64,000 bases of DNA from a virus: IMG/VR virus record IMGVR_UViG_3300036831_000050, positions 1 to 64,000 of that record, one strand, 5' to 3'. Under the pieces are notes generated by a model. It ran no database searches, was not told the DNA's origin, and worked only from the letters and a program-made list of their open reading frames with translations. Positions 1 through 9,139 of the stretch are shown piece by piece. Made by a program: the position numbers and the translations under genes. How positions within the stretch are numbered: the stretch's first letter is position 1; every line of letters begins with the position of its first letter.

Positions 1-107
1 TCTACCTGGGCGTCTATTTGTGCGTCCTGACCTGCCGGTTCCTGCGGTCCAACCAGTAGGCAACCAGGCCGACCACCCACGAAAGAACCGAAGGGAGCTA
101 CACACAA

Positions 108-1046
108 ATGGACGCCCTGGTAGAGCGCGCACTGGCCGAAGTGGCGGCCGTCGAGGACGAGGACCGCCGCCAACAGCTCATGCGCGAGAGCAACCCCGCG
201 CTGGGTCAGTATTTCCGCCGTCACCCGCACGACCTTGAAGAGGTGGCCTTCCAGCTCTTCGACATCGCCTGGGACGACATGATGCAGGAGGACATCGTGC
301 CTCGCATCATCGACGTGAAGAACGTCGGTCTCGGGGACGTGGACTGGGTGGACGAAGACCTGCGCGGCATGCGGGCCTACTTCCAGGGCAAGGGCGGCCA
401 GATTCTCAGCGACATGCTGCGCTACCAGCGCACGCTCATGCCGCGCGAGGAGATGGCCGTCGCCATCGACCTGCACCGCGACGAGATCGAGCTGGACTTC
501 TGGAACAGCTTTCAGAAGTTGCAGGACCAGGCGAACGAGAAGATTCGCCAGCTCCCTGTCACGCGACTGGTCCAGCTCATTCAGTCCGGCATCACTGCCG
601 GGACGACGTACGGGACCTTCCCGGCCGCCAACCTGACAGCCAACAACATCGACCCGATCATCGACTTCGTTGCACAGCGGTCGAAGGGTCAGGTCACGTT
701 GCTCGGCTCGCGCAACGCGGTGCGCATTCTGTCCAACCTGGGCGTGCAGTTCGGCCCCAACGTGGCGGAGCGCATCTTCAACGCCGGTCAGGTCGGCGTC
801 TACAAGGGCTACCCCATCGTGGAGGTTGAGAACTTCGAGGACTTCTCGGGCAACCTCGTCCTTCCGGTCAACGAGATTTGGGTCGTTGGCCAGAACGCGG
901 GTCGCCTGACCTACTTCGGACAGGACGCCAAGGTGCAGCAGCTTCCGCGCCCCGGCTTCTACGTCCGGTGGGAGACCGCGCGGGACGCGGGCATGCTGCT
1001 CTACGGCATCGGCCGTGGACGGCTTGGCCGACTGGTCTTCACCTAA
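108..1046 (+). CDS. Major capsid protein (probable HK97 fold)
   Basis: 312 aa with a GGGAG RBS, first gene of the structural block. C-terminal 'GQVGVYKGYPIVEVEN...LPVNEIWVVG' resembles HK97-fold capsid A-domain strands. Followed by a hairpin. Confidence 0.7.
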   Translation: MDALVERALAEVAAVEDEDRRQQLMRESNPALGQYFRRHPHDLEEVAFQLFDIAWDDMMQEDIVPRIIDVKNVGLGDVDWVDEDLRGMRAYFQGKGGQILSDMLRYQRTLMPREEMAVAIDLHRDEIELDFWNSFQKLQDQANEKIRQLPVTRLVQLIQSGITAGTTYGTFPAANLTANNIDPIIDFVAQRSKGQVTLLGSRNAVRILSNLGVQFGPNVAERIFNAGQVGVYKGYPIVEVENFEDFSGNLVLPVNEIWVVGQNAGRLTYFGQDAKVQQLPRPGFYVRWETARDAGMLLYGIGRGRLGRLVFT

Positions 1047-1058
1047 GACGCGAGACAA

Positions 1059-1093
1059 GGGCGGCGGCGGAACCGAACAGGTGGCCGCCGCCC
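1059..1093 (+). terminator. GC-rich hairpin after capsid gene (probable terminator/attenuator)
   Basis: GGGCGGCGGC (1059-1068) pairs with GCCGCCGCCC (1084-1093); no U-tract. Confidence 0.45.
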
Positions 1094-1125
1094 ACACACC
1101 CCGGACCACAGGAGGAGTAACGGAG

Positions 1126-2031
1126 ATGGAAGCAGCAACGGTCCCCGGCGCAGAGCAGCTTGAGAAGCGCCTCTACCGCAACAACACCGCTGGATACCTC
1201 GGCGTCGTCAAGCTGGACCACAAGGGCGACCCGTACGGGGAGAACGTGGACCCGCACGGCACGGTCTGGCTCAGTGACGCAGAGGCGACCCTGACAGCAC
1301 GTGCACCTCGCAAGCCTGAGGACAACCCCTTCGAGGAGCAGATGTTCGTCATGCAGGACTCCGAGACCGGCCGTCGCGAGGAGGTGCCCATGCGGCCCCT
1401 CACACTGGCGGACGACGACGGGCGGTTCGTGCCCGACGAGCGTTACACGCCAACTCAAGCCGAACGGGAAGCTCAGGCCCAGGCCACTCGCCCCGTTCAG
1501 CACTCGGCGGCGGCGAGCGACGCCGCGCCTCCCGCGCCGCCATCGACCGGCTCGGAGAACGCCCAGTCCGTTCCGCCTCCCACGCCGCCAGTGGCGCCGC
1601 AGACGGCCGCCGTACCCTCTCCCCGGTCCGAGCGTGCCCCGCTGTCCTCCCCGGCGCCGGAGGCGGGCATCTCAGGCGCCCACGTGGCCACAGAGGCCGA
1701 TGAGCCGGTCGAGAGCTGGACGGAGCCGCCAGCGGCCCCCGGACAGGTGCTCACAGGCTCTCTCGCGGGCGACGACGGCCCGACCGACGCGCCGGACGCC
1801 ACGAACCACCCCGGCGCCGGTAACGGGCCAACTGCCGGTCAGGCGCAAGCCGCACCGCAGCAGCCCGGTGCCGAGGAGCACGCCGCCGCCGTGGACCCGG
1901 CCGTGGGCGAGGAGACCGGAGCCGCCAGGCCCCCGGTCCAGCCGCAGCCGGAGGGCGAGTACGCCCAGGCCGAGGAAGTGGGGTCACCCGACGCCCCGGC
2001 CGCCAATGACGAGCCATTGATCGGAGGGTAG
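1126..2031 (+). CDS. Hypothetical protein, globular N-terminus plus Pro/Ala/Glu-rich disordered tail
   Basis: ATG at 1126 preceded by AGGAGG; low-complexity C-terminal two-thirds. Confidence 0.7.
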   Translation: MEAATVPGAEQLEKRLYRNNTAGYLGVVKLDHKGDPYGENVDPHGTVWLSDAEATLTARAPRKPEDNPFEEQMFVMQDSETGRREEVPMRPLTLADDDGRFVPDERYTPTQAEREAQAQATRPVQHSAAASDAAPPAPPSTGSENAQSVPPPTPPVAPQTAAVPSPRSERAPLSSPAPEAGISGAHVATEADEPVESWTEPPAAPGQVLTGSLAGDDGPTDAPDATNHPGAGNGPTAGQAQAAPQQPGAEEHAAAVDPAVGEETGAARPPVQPQPEGEYAQAEEVGSPDAPAANDEPLIGG

Positions 2032-2033
2032 TC

Positions 2034-2855
2034 GTGAGCGCAGTTGCCGAGAAGACCGAACCGCTGGGTGTTCTACTCGGCAACCCGCGCCCGCACATGC
2101 AGGTCGAGCATGTGGTGAAGAACGAGGACGGCGAGGTGGTGTCACGTACCCGCGTCGCCGTCCCCCACCCCTTCCTGAAGCAGAGCATCACCCAGGTGAA
2201 CATGTGGAATGGGGTCACCGACCCGGAGCGGGTCAAGCACACGCTGTCAACTGACAACGACCGGGTGCTCACCGGCCTGGCGGCGATTCTCGGCACAGAG
2301 CTTCAGGACTACGCCGTCGCCATTCGCGAGATCGAGGACTTGCTGCACCCGCATGCGGGCGGTGCCAAGCCGACGTGGGTGGACTGCAACGACGAGGGTC
2401 TGGCTCGCGCCATCGAGAAGGTCTACGGCAGTCACATCGGCCAGCCGACGAACCTCCTGACCAACGCCGGTCGGGACGCGCTGCACCACCAGAGCTACGA
2501 CACGACCGCGCCGCCTGCGCAGTTCAACTACATCGCCCTGACGGCGAGCGTGGTGGCGCCTGCGGTTGGTGACACCGCCCTGACAGGCGAGATCGCGACG
2601 GTCGGCGGCGGTCTGATTCGCGCGCAGGCCACCTTCGCGCACACGGTCGGGACGAACACGTCCACGCTGACCAAGACCTTCACGGCCAACGGCACAGACG
2701 CTCTGCCGGTCACCGTCGCCCAGATCGGCGTGTTCAACGCGGCGGGACCGCCTGTCGCCGGAACCATCGTGTTCCACACGGCGCTGGGATCGACCATCAC
2801 GTTGAACGTGTCAGGTGACAGCATCACCGTCACTGAGACCGTTACGGAAGGGTAG
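2034..2855 (+). CDS. Virion structural protein (collar/fibre-anchor-like C-terminal domain)
   Basis: C-terminal 'YIALT..APAVGDTALTGEI...IGVFNAA..GTIVFHT' resembles phage collar/fibre-anchor beta domains; lies in the structural operon. Confidence 0.55.
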   Translation: MSAVAEKTEPLGVLLGNPRPHMQVEHVVKNEDGEVVSRTRVAVPHPFLKQSITQVNMWNGVTDPERVKHTLSTDNDRVLTGLAAILGTELQDYAVAIREIEDLLHPHAGGAKPTWVDCNDEGLARAIEKVYGSHIGQPTNLLTNAGRDALHHQSYDTTAPPAQFNYIALTASVVAPAVGDTALTGEIATVGGGLIRAQATFAHTVGTNTSTLTKTFTANGTDALPVTVAQIGVFNAAGPPVAGTIVFHTALGSTITLNVSGDSITVTETVTEG

Positions 2856-2866
2856 GCGAGCCAGGC

Positions 2867-4795
2867 GTGGGCCGCCTGCGCTACGACAACTCGGTAGGGA
2901 CGCTCGGGACCGCACTGGGCGGTCTCGTCGGTGACACGGTAGTCAACTTCCAGGCCGCACCGGCATGGGCGACGCTGGCGCAGGGCGACTACATTCCGCT
3001 GGTCATTGACCCCCCCGGCGCGTCGCCCAATGGCAACTACGAGGTAGTTTACGTTACGGCGTACACGGCCGGTGACACTCACGCGACCATCAAGCGTGGG
3101 CAGGAGGGCACTGTGCGCGTGGCCCACGCCAATGGCGCCGTGTGGATGGTGGCGGCCACCAAGCATGACATTCCCGGCCACATCGTCGTGCCGAAGATGC
3201 TGCTGACCTTTGGCCACTCCTATGCCCAGGGCAATGGTCTGACCAACTCCGGCTTCCAGAAGAACAACCGGCAGTCCACGCGACTGGCGCAGGCTCTCGG
3301 CGCGCAGGAGACCAACTACGGCGTGGGTGGTTCCTGTCTGTGCTTCGAGAACTCCTCCGGCGTGACAGGCGTGGCCGCTACGGGCGGCTGGCCGACCATT
3401 CTTCAGAAGTTCGCCCCGACACTCGGCTCTCCGTACCTGACACCGCTCGGCGCCGTGCTGCTGGAGTACGGCGTCAACGACTACTGCATGTTCGACACGG
3501 GCGCGCACTTCCAGACCGTCTTTCAGGCGGTGCTCCAGGGAGTCGTTGACCGCCTCCGCTGCGCCAAGATTTTCGAGGACACCGACGCCTCTGTCACCTA
3601 CCCGTCGGGTAGCTGGTCAACGTCCACGTTCAGCAGCGGCACTGTCAACTCGGGCACGACGATGCACAGCTCGAATGCCACTGTCGCCACCGTGCAGATC
3701 GCGTTGCCTGCCGACTACAACGGCGAGGCACTGGTCTTCGGCGTGGTGCTCAACGGTGGCGCCCCGGCGCCCTGGTCCACAGTGGCCGCGTGCTCCATAG
3801 CCGCCACTGACCACCTCGGCACGAACATCGGGAACCTTGACATGAAGGCGATTTGGGTGGCCTTCAACAATGCCACGACCAACCATCACAACCCGATGGC
3901 CACTCTTCGCGTTCCGGCAGGCACGCTCCCGGCCGGGGCGCAGAACATCACCCTGACGTACACGAACCCCGGTGCCAACTCACTCTGGTTCGACTGGTGG
4001 GGCATCGAGGCTGACGTGCCACCGCCGATCATTCTCGAAGCTCCGTTCCGCTTGCCGACTGCCGGTTACACCGCGCTCGGCCCCAGCTCCAGCCGCCCCT
4101 ACACGATTGATGACACGGGCATCGCCAACATCTTGGCCTCGCTGCACGCGGTGGCCGCGATCTACACCGATGGTCGGGTGTTCGTGGCCGACGGTGCCGA
4201 TGCGATCATCAACAAGCAGGCCGCGTACATAACGTCTGACAACGTGCACCCCAACCCCGCTGGAACGGGGATCGTGGCTCAGTACAACTTCAGCGCCCTG
4301 GCCAACTTCCTCTTCGACAACCCGACTGACGCGCTGAGGACCCAGAACAGCCAGGCCGCCAAGCCCAGCATCGCTACGGCCGCCAAGGCTTACCAGACAA
4401 CTCTCACCTCGCCGTTCATCAACGGCTGGAACAAGATCAACGTGGACACCATCATTCACGACGATGGTGGCAACATGGACCTGACAAACCACCGCTACGT
4501 GTGCCCAACCGACGGCATCTACGACGCAACCGGCCAGCTCCTCCTCGCCAACCAGGCGTCCGACTCGAACTACCTGGCACTCTACGTCAACGGCACGCGG
4601 CTCTCGGACGGCATCTGCACGCGCACCTCGGTGGGTGCCACCGGGACGCTCTGGGCGCTGACGGTCCACGCACGCTTCAAGTGCAAGGCGGGCGACTACA
4701 TCGAGCTGTTCTTCAACACCGCCAACACTACGGCCGCGTTTGAGTCCGGTGGTGACGCGGCCAACGACTACCTTGACGTGGTGAGGGTCGAGTAG
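2867..4795 (+). CDS. Virion appendage with SGNH/GDSL hydrolase domain and C-terminal C1q-like domain
   Basis: SGNH blocks FGHSYAQG, NYGVGG, EYGVND and DNVHPN. C-terminal 'DTIIHDDGGNMDLTNHRYVCPTDGIY...KAGDYIELF' fits the C1q/TNF-like pattern. Confidence 0.75.
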   Translation: MGRLRYDNSVGTLGTALGGLVGDTVVNFQAAPAWATLAQGDYIPLVIDPPGASPNGNYEVVYVTAYTAGDTHATIKRGQEGTVRVAHANGAVWMVAATKHDIPGHIVVPKMLLTFGHSYAQGNGLTNSGFQKNNRQSTRLAQALGAQETNYGVGGSCLCFENSSGVTGVAATGGWPTILQKFAPTLGSPYLTPLGAVLLEYGVNDYCMFDTGAHFQTVFQAVLQGVVDRLRCAKIFEDTDASVTYPSGSWSTSTFSSGTVNSGTTMHSSNATVATVQIALPADYNGEALVFGVVLNGGAPAPWSTVAACSIAATDHLGTNIGNLDMKAIWVAFNNATTNHHNPMATLRVPAGTLPAGAQNITLTYTNPGANSLWFDWWGIEADVPPPIILEAPFRLPTAGYTALGPSSSRPYTIDDTGIANILASLHAVAAIYTDGRVFVADGADAIINKQAAYITSDNVHPNPAGTGIVAQYNFSALANFLFDNPTDALRTQNSQAAKPSIATAAKAYQTTLTSPFINGWNKINVDTIIHDDGGNMDLTNHRYVCPTDGIYDATGQLLLANQASDSNYLALYVNGTRLSDGICTRTSVGATGTLWALTVHARFKCKAGDYIELFFNTANTTAAFESGGDAANDYLDVVRVE

Positions 4796-5473
4796 ATGGC
4801 ACTCGGCGGCTCACCCTATGGCGGCGCTCCTCTCGGCGGCGGCCTCGGCGGTAGCAGTGCTCGCGGTGCCAGCGACACGGTTGCGATCTCTGACAGCGCC
4901 TCGGCGCTGGCGGCGCTTCGTGCCAGCGCCAGTGACGGCGTGGGCATCTCGGACACCGCTCACGCCACCCTAGGAGGAGGCCGCTTCGCCAGTGACAGCG
5001 TGGCCGTGGGGGACTCACCCGCTGGCGTCCTCTCGCGCAGCGCCGCTGCCAGCGACTCCGTGGCCGTGTCCGACGCTGCTGGAGCCAACGGCGACCTGCG
5101 CTCGGGCGCCAGCGACTCCGTTGGGGTCTCGGACAGCTCGCTGGCACCCTTCGCTGGCACCGCCTCCGACGCGCTGGCGGTCTACGACACGGTGCACTTC
5201 ATCTACCCGGCCCACACCTCGGACAACGTGCCGGTGGCCGACACGTCCAGCGGGATCACGCGCTCCGGGTCAGACACCGTGCCCGTGGGCGACTCGGTGC
5301 TCTACATCTCGGACACCCTGCCGATCACTGACCTGCCGACGCCATTGACGGTGGACCCGGCCACCACTACGCTGCAACTGTCGTCGGAGCGTACTAGCCT
5401 GTCGCTCCAAGACGTGCCGGTCTCGATCACGGTCAAGTCCGACGGCGCCATAGTCCACATCGACGGTCCGTAA
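4796..5473 (+). CDS. Repeat-containing structural protein (about 8 'ASDxVxVSD' units)
   Basis: 17-20-aa periodic repeats visible in the translation. Confidence 0.65.
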   Translation: MALGGSPYGGAPLGGGLGGSSARGASDTVAISDSASALAALRASASDGVGISDTAHATLGGGRFASDSVAVGDSPAGVLSRSAAASDSVAVSDAAGANGDLRSGASDSVGVSDSSLAPFAGTASDALAVYDTVHFIYPAHTSDNVPVADTSSGITRSGSDTVPVGDSVLYISDTLPITDLPTPLTVDPATTTLQLSSERTSLSLQDVPVSITVKSDGAIVHIDGP

Positions 5474-5485
5474 AGCGAGGAGATC

Positions 5486-5827
5486 ATGGCCAGAACGATG
5501 AAGAACGGAGACACCTGGCCCCCGCTGCGGGGCGAGGCCGCAGACGAGACCGGGCAGCCGGTCGATCTCAGCGGGGCAGTCTCGCTGACCATGTTCGCCG
5601 TCAGCGACACGCACACGATCACCGGACCGGCCTCGGCGCTGTGGCCAGCAGTGCCCGACGCCGATGGGCAGCACCAGTGGAACTGGCAGTACGACTTCGT
5701 GGCCGGTGACACCGTGGTCTCCGCCACATACAAGGTGCGGCTGGTGGTGGAGTGGGCGGTTGGTGAGACACAGACCTTCCCCAACACCGGACACGAAACG
5801 CTCACCATCGAGGACGACACAGCCTGA
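5486..5827 (+). CDS. BppU-N-like small structural protein
   Basis: 'MKNGDTWPPL....D.TG.PVDLSGA ... GDT....Y...VEW..G..QTFP' pattern. Confidence 0.55.
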   Translation: MARTMKNGDTWPPLRGEAADETGQPVDLSGAVSLTMFAVSDTHTITGPASALWPAVPDADGQHQWNWQYDFVAGDTVVSATYKVRLVVEWAVGETQTFPNTGHETLTIEDDTA

Positions 5828-6498
5828 TGCCACTCACAGAGAACGTCAAGAACACAGAGCTGCGCGAGCGGGGCATTCCAAACCCCCGCCTCGGACCGGA
5901 CCTGACAGACCTGATGGTGCTGGTGGCGCGCACGCGCCGCTACATCGAAGGTCCCTATGGACCGCCCGAAGGCCGTCCGGCGCTGACCGATGGTGTCGTC
6001 TACACGATGGTGGCCGACGCGCTGGCGGACATCATTCTCTTCACCGGCAACCTCTTCGGCCACCAGCTCATCGTCAAGACGCGCGACCCCACCGTGGGCT
6101 ACCCGACGGCGTGGCAGACCGAGGCGATTCTGGACGAGTGGGAAGTGACACTCATCACCACGCAGGCTGCGCTCAACTACTTCTTCTTCCTGTTCCGCGA
6201 CTTGAAGATCAGCCAGGCGATTGCCAACGAGGGCACGTCCTGGGAGTACAGCCTGTCGGCCAACGTCGTTCGGGACTACATCGCTGAGCTTCAGCAGCGC
6301 CGAGACCTGGCGATTCAGGGCCTCCAGAAGCACCACCCGGTCATTGACCGCTTTGCGTCGAACATTCGAGTGCGTGATCGCGCCACTGTCACGCTGCTGG
6401 AGTGGTGGGACACCAACGCCCCCGACGCTGGCGGCGGACTGCCAGGCGGGCAGGAGTCATCGGCAATACCGTGGGTCGGCGGCGTCAGCCCCGTATAA
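5827..6498 (+). CDS. Probable head-tail adaptor/neck protein
   Basis: Helical 223-aa protein, translationally coupled, in the neck position. Confidence 0.45.
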   Translation: MPLTENVKNTELRERGIPNPRLGPDLTDLMVLVARTRRYIEGPYGPPEGRPALTDGVVYTMVADALADIILFTGNLFGHQLIVKTRDPTVGYPTAWQTEAILDEWEVTLITTQAALNYFFFLFRDLKISQAIANEGTSWEYSLSANVVRDYIAELQQRRDLAIQGLQKHHPVIDRFASNIRVRDRATVTLLEWWDTNAPDAGGGLPGGQESSAIPWVGGVSPV

Positions 6499-6522
6499 CC
6501 AAACTCAAGTCAGGAGACAAGC

Positions 6523-7179
6523 ATGCCACTCGCAGACCAGCTCGCACAGATCGTCAAGCTCAAGGGACAGGGCCAGACTTCGGCACAGATCGCCGCTGCC
6601 GTTGGCCTGGAGATCGGTGACGTGGAGTCGGTGCTGGGCGGCGCACTGCCCGCTGGCATATCGCCGGGGACGCCGGAGTCCCTGGTGGCGCAGACCTTCT
6701 CGTATGCGCCAGAGGTGGCCGTTCCCGGCACGCACCAGAACGCCTTTGCCGATCTGGCGGAGGCGGTGAACTTCGTCACCGTCCCCGCCCTGACGTTCTT
6801 CCTGGCCAACGTCTACGCCGAGCTGTCGGCCGCACCGGAACCTGGCAACAACGCGCTGCCAATGGCCGTGGCGCTCCAGCTCGTCGGCCGCCCTGTCACG
6901 CCGCCCTGGAGCGACGCGATGGGACTGGGGCACGGTGTCAGCACCGACGTGCCCATCGTGCAGTCGAACGACCCGGCGATTCCCGCCGACGGCAACCACG
7001 ACCCCAACACCTACTACCCGATTGTCGCGCAGACGACGATATACGTGGTCCAGTTCCCAGACCCCCTGAAGCTGACGCTCCAGGCCCAGTCCTCGAACGC
7101 TGGCAACACCATCGTCGCCGGGTCGAAGATCAGGAACCTCAAGGTCACGCTGGTGACGATGAACCCGGCCGTCGGGTAG
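6523..7179 (+). CDS. Hypothetical structural-region protein (possible N-terminal HTH-like segment)
   Basis: AGGAG RBS; N-terminal 'GQTSAQIAAAVGLEIGDVESVL' followed by a beta-rich domain. Confidence 0.6.
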   Translation: MPLADQLAQIVKLKGQGQTSAQIAAAVGLEIGDVESVLGGALPAGISPGTPESLVAQTFSYAPEVAVPGTHQNAFADLAEAVNFVTVPALTFFLANVYAELSAAPEPGNNALPMAVALQLVGRPVTPPWSDAMGLGHGVSTDVPIVQSNDPAIPADGNHDPNTYYPIVAQTTIYVVQFPDPLKLTLQAQSSNAGNTIVAGSKIRNLKVTLVTMNPAVG

Positions 7180-7192
7180 CGAAGGGCTGGAG

Positions 7193-7630
7193 TTGCCCCT
7201 TACGCCCGACATCGCTGGCTTCGTAGCCGCCAGCCAGCAGCTCCGCGAGCTGTTCGGCGTTGATTGCGTGTTCCACGTGCCGCAGGACCCCGTGTGGCCC
7301 GCTGGCACGCGCATCAACGCCGACACGGGCGAGCCGTACAGCGCTATGGTCAAGCGCACCAACGCCGAGTTCACCGATGTGACCAAGACCGTGCTGCTCA
7401 TCTTGAAGCAGGGATCGCCGCTGCGGCCACAGGCCGATACACACTTCAGCGAGGCGGGTCTGCTGTCAGGTATGGACCTGATCTTGGACGTGGATGCCGC
7501 TGACTACCCGGACATCGTGGGTGCCACTGAGCTGACGACACAGGGTCTCGACTACAAGATCGAAGAGCGCAAGCCGTTCTCGCTGGCGAACAACGAGTAC
7601 CGCTGGCTCATCTACGCGATGGAGAAGTGA
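7193..7630 (+). CDS. Probable head-closure (stopper) protein
   Basis: 145-aa beta-rich protein in the neck gene position. Confidence 0.4.
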   Translation: MPLTPDIAGFVAASQQLRELFGVDCVFHVPQDPVWPAGTRINADTGEPYSAMVKRTNAEFTDVTKTVLLILKQGSPLRPQADTHFSEAGLLSGMDLILDVDAADYPDIVGATELTTQGLDYKIEERKPFSLANNEYRWLIYAMEK

Positions 7631-7631
7631 C

Positions 7632-8141
7632 ATGCCAGAGCCAGACCTGATTCGCGAAGAGCTGGTGGAGCTGTCAGTGCTCCGGGCGATTCGCTCTGCC
7701 CTGCCGGACTACGGCTACACACTGGGCACCGACCCGGCCGTGGCCGATGTCAACGTGCGCGAGGCGTTCCCGGCACCCGAGGAGCGCAACGGGGAGCTGG
7801 TCATCACCACCGTCGCCTTCGGCTTCAACATTGACGACGGCGGCGACGCGGCAGAGATGGGGAGCAACCTGACCAAGTACGTGCACACGCTCATCTGCTG
7901 GACGTTCGCGCTGGAGCCACGCTTCGGTCGGCGGCTGGCACACACCATCAAGAACATCGCACGCCGCAATCTCGACGTGCTGCCGCTGTATGACTTCAAC
8001 CAGAACACCGAGCCGCAGATCGACGCGATGAATGTCATGAAGACACAGGTCCGCCATGAGGTGAACAACAGTCCGCGCCCGTGGGACCAGTACGTGTGGA
8101 CAACCGCGATCTCCGTGCAGGACATCTGCTACCCCACCTGA
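7632..8141 (+). CDS. Probable tail terminator protein
   Basis: Size, acidic alpha/beta pattern and synteny before the tail tube gene. Confidence 0.45.
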   Translation: MPEPDLIREELVELSVLRAIRSALPDYGYTLGTDPAVADVNVREAFPAPEERNGELVITTVAFGFNIDDGGDAAEMGSNLTKYVHTLICWTFALEPRFGRRLAHTIKNIARRNLDVLPLYDFNQNTEPQIDAMNVMKTQVRHEVNNSPRPWDQYVWTTAISVQDICYPT

Positions 8142-8144
8142 GCC

Positions 8145-8795
8145 ATGGCCGAGTATGCCTTCTACGACTTCGCACGCGGCTGGCCCGAACTGGTGGTGGC
8201 CGTTGACGCGCTGGAGGTGAAGTTCCGCGAAGTCGGTCGGCCGGTCGCCGCTGACATGGTGCTCAGAGCTTACGGCGAGATGAGAGATGAGCTGTTGGTG
8301 CTGGCGCGTGACATGTCGGTGCTGGGCACCAAGATTCTCCGCGACATGGAGAAGAAGACGCGCGTCCGTGGTGACACCGAGGGCAGGGGCGGTCCGCGCA
8401 TGGAGGACCACTTGTTCGTTGAGCCGACTGAGCAGCAGAACCTACTCCCCGGCAGCATCGGCGTCGCCAACGAGACCGAGCTGGACGCCAAGGTCGGGTG
8501 GTGGTGGACCAACGAGGAGGGTTATTCGGGGCTTGTCGGCCGCAGACTCTTCGGCTTCTTCGAGGGTGACGGTGACTTCGCGCCGCCGTCACGGGAGGAG
8601 TCTCGCGTGCACCCGCTGTTCGTGCCGGGGTCCAGTCCGGTGTCGGGCGGCGGGATCATCGCAGAGCCGATTCCAGCGCGACGGTTCATCGAGAAGTCCA
8701 TACCCCTGATCGACCGTGCATGGAAGACGCAGTTCCTCGCGATCAAGGGCCGATTTGACGTGGCTATGGCACGCGCGGCGGTGACCTACCGATGA
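8145..8795 (+). CDS. Tail completion/neck protein (HK97 gp10-like)
   Basis: 'WWWTNEEGY ... PIPARRFIEKS' resembles the gp10-like 'E.G...P.R.F' ending; synteny. Confidence 0.45.
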   Translation: MAEYAFYDFARGWPELVVAVDALEVKFREVGRPVAADMVLRAYGEMRDELLVLARDMSVLGTKILRDMEKKTRVRGDTEGRGGPRMEDHLFVEPTEQQNLLPGSIGVANETELDAKVGWWWTNEEGYSGLVGRRLFGFFEGDGDFAPPSREESRVHPLFVPGSSPVSGGGIIAEPIPARRFIEKSIPLIDRAWKTQFLAIKGRFDVAMARAAVTYR

Positions 8796-9139
8796 GCGAC
8801 ACCGCTACGGCCCAACTCCCGTCGGCGTATATTAGGGACAGTAGCCCGGACGACGGTGGTGTGGGCGTGGACCGAGAGGCCATTCTCCACCACAGGCGCA
8901 AAGCGGCGATGGTCTCGCTCCTCAGCGAGTTCGAGCGCCACATAGAGCGCCACGTCGCGCCAGGTAACAGCAAGGCAATTGCGGACTTCAAGAGGAGCTG
9001 TCGAGAGAAGCTAAATGGCATCACCTTCCTGGCCTGTGAGTTGATGAAGCTCCAGCCCGGTGAGGAGATCAACCAGCACATAGTGGACCTGGCAGAGAAA
9101 CTTCAGTTCGACGCTAACGGAGGACAAACGAGACCATGA
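8792..9139 (+). CDS. Hypothetical protein
   Basis: ATGA-coupled on both sides. Confidence 0.6.
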   Translation: MSDTATAQLPSAYIRDSSPDDGGVGVDREAILHHRRKAAMVSLLSEFERHIERHVAPGNSKAIADFKRSCREKLNGITFLACELMKLQPGEEINQHIVDLAEKLQFDANGGQTRP

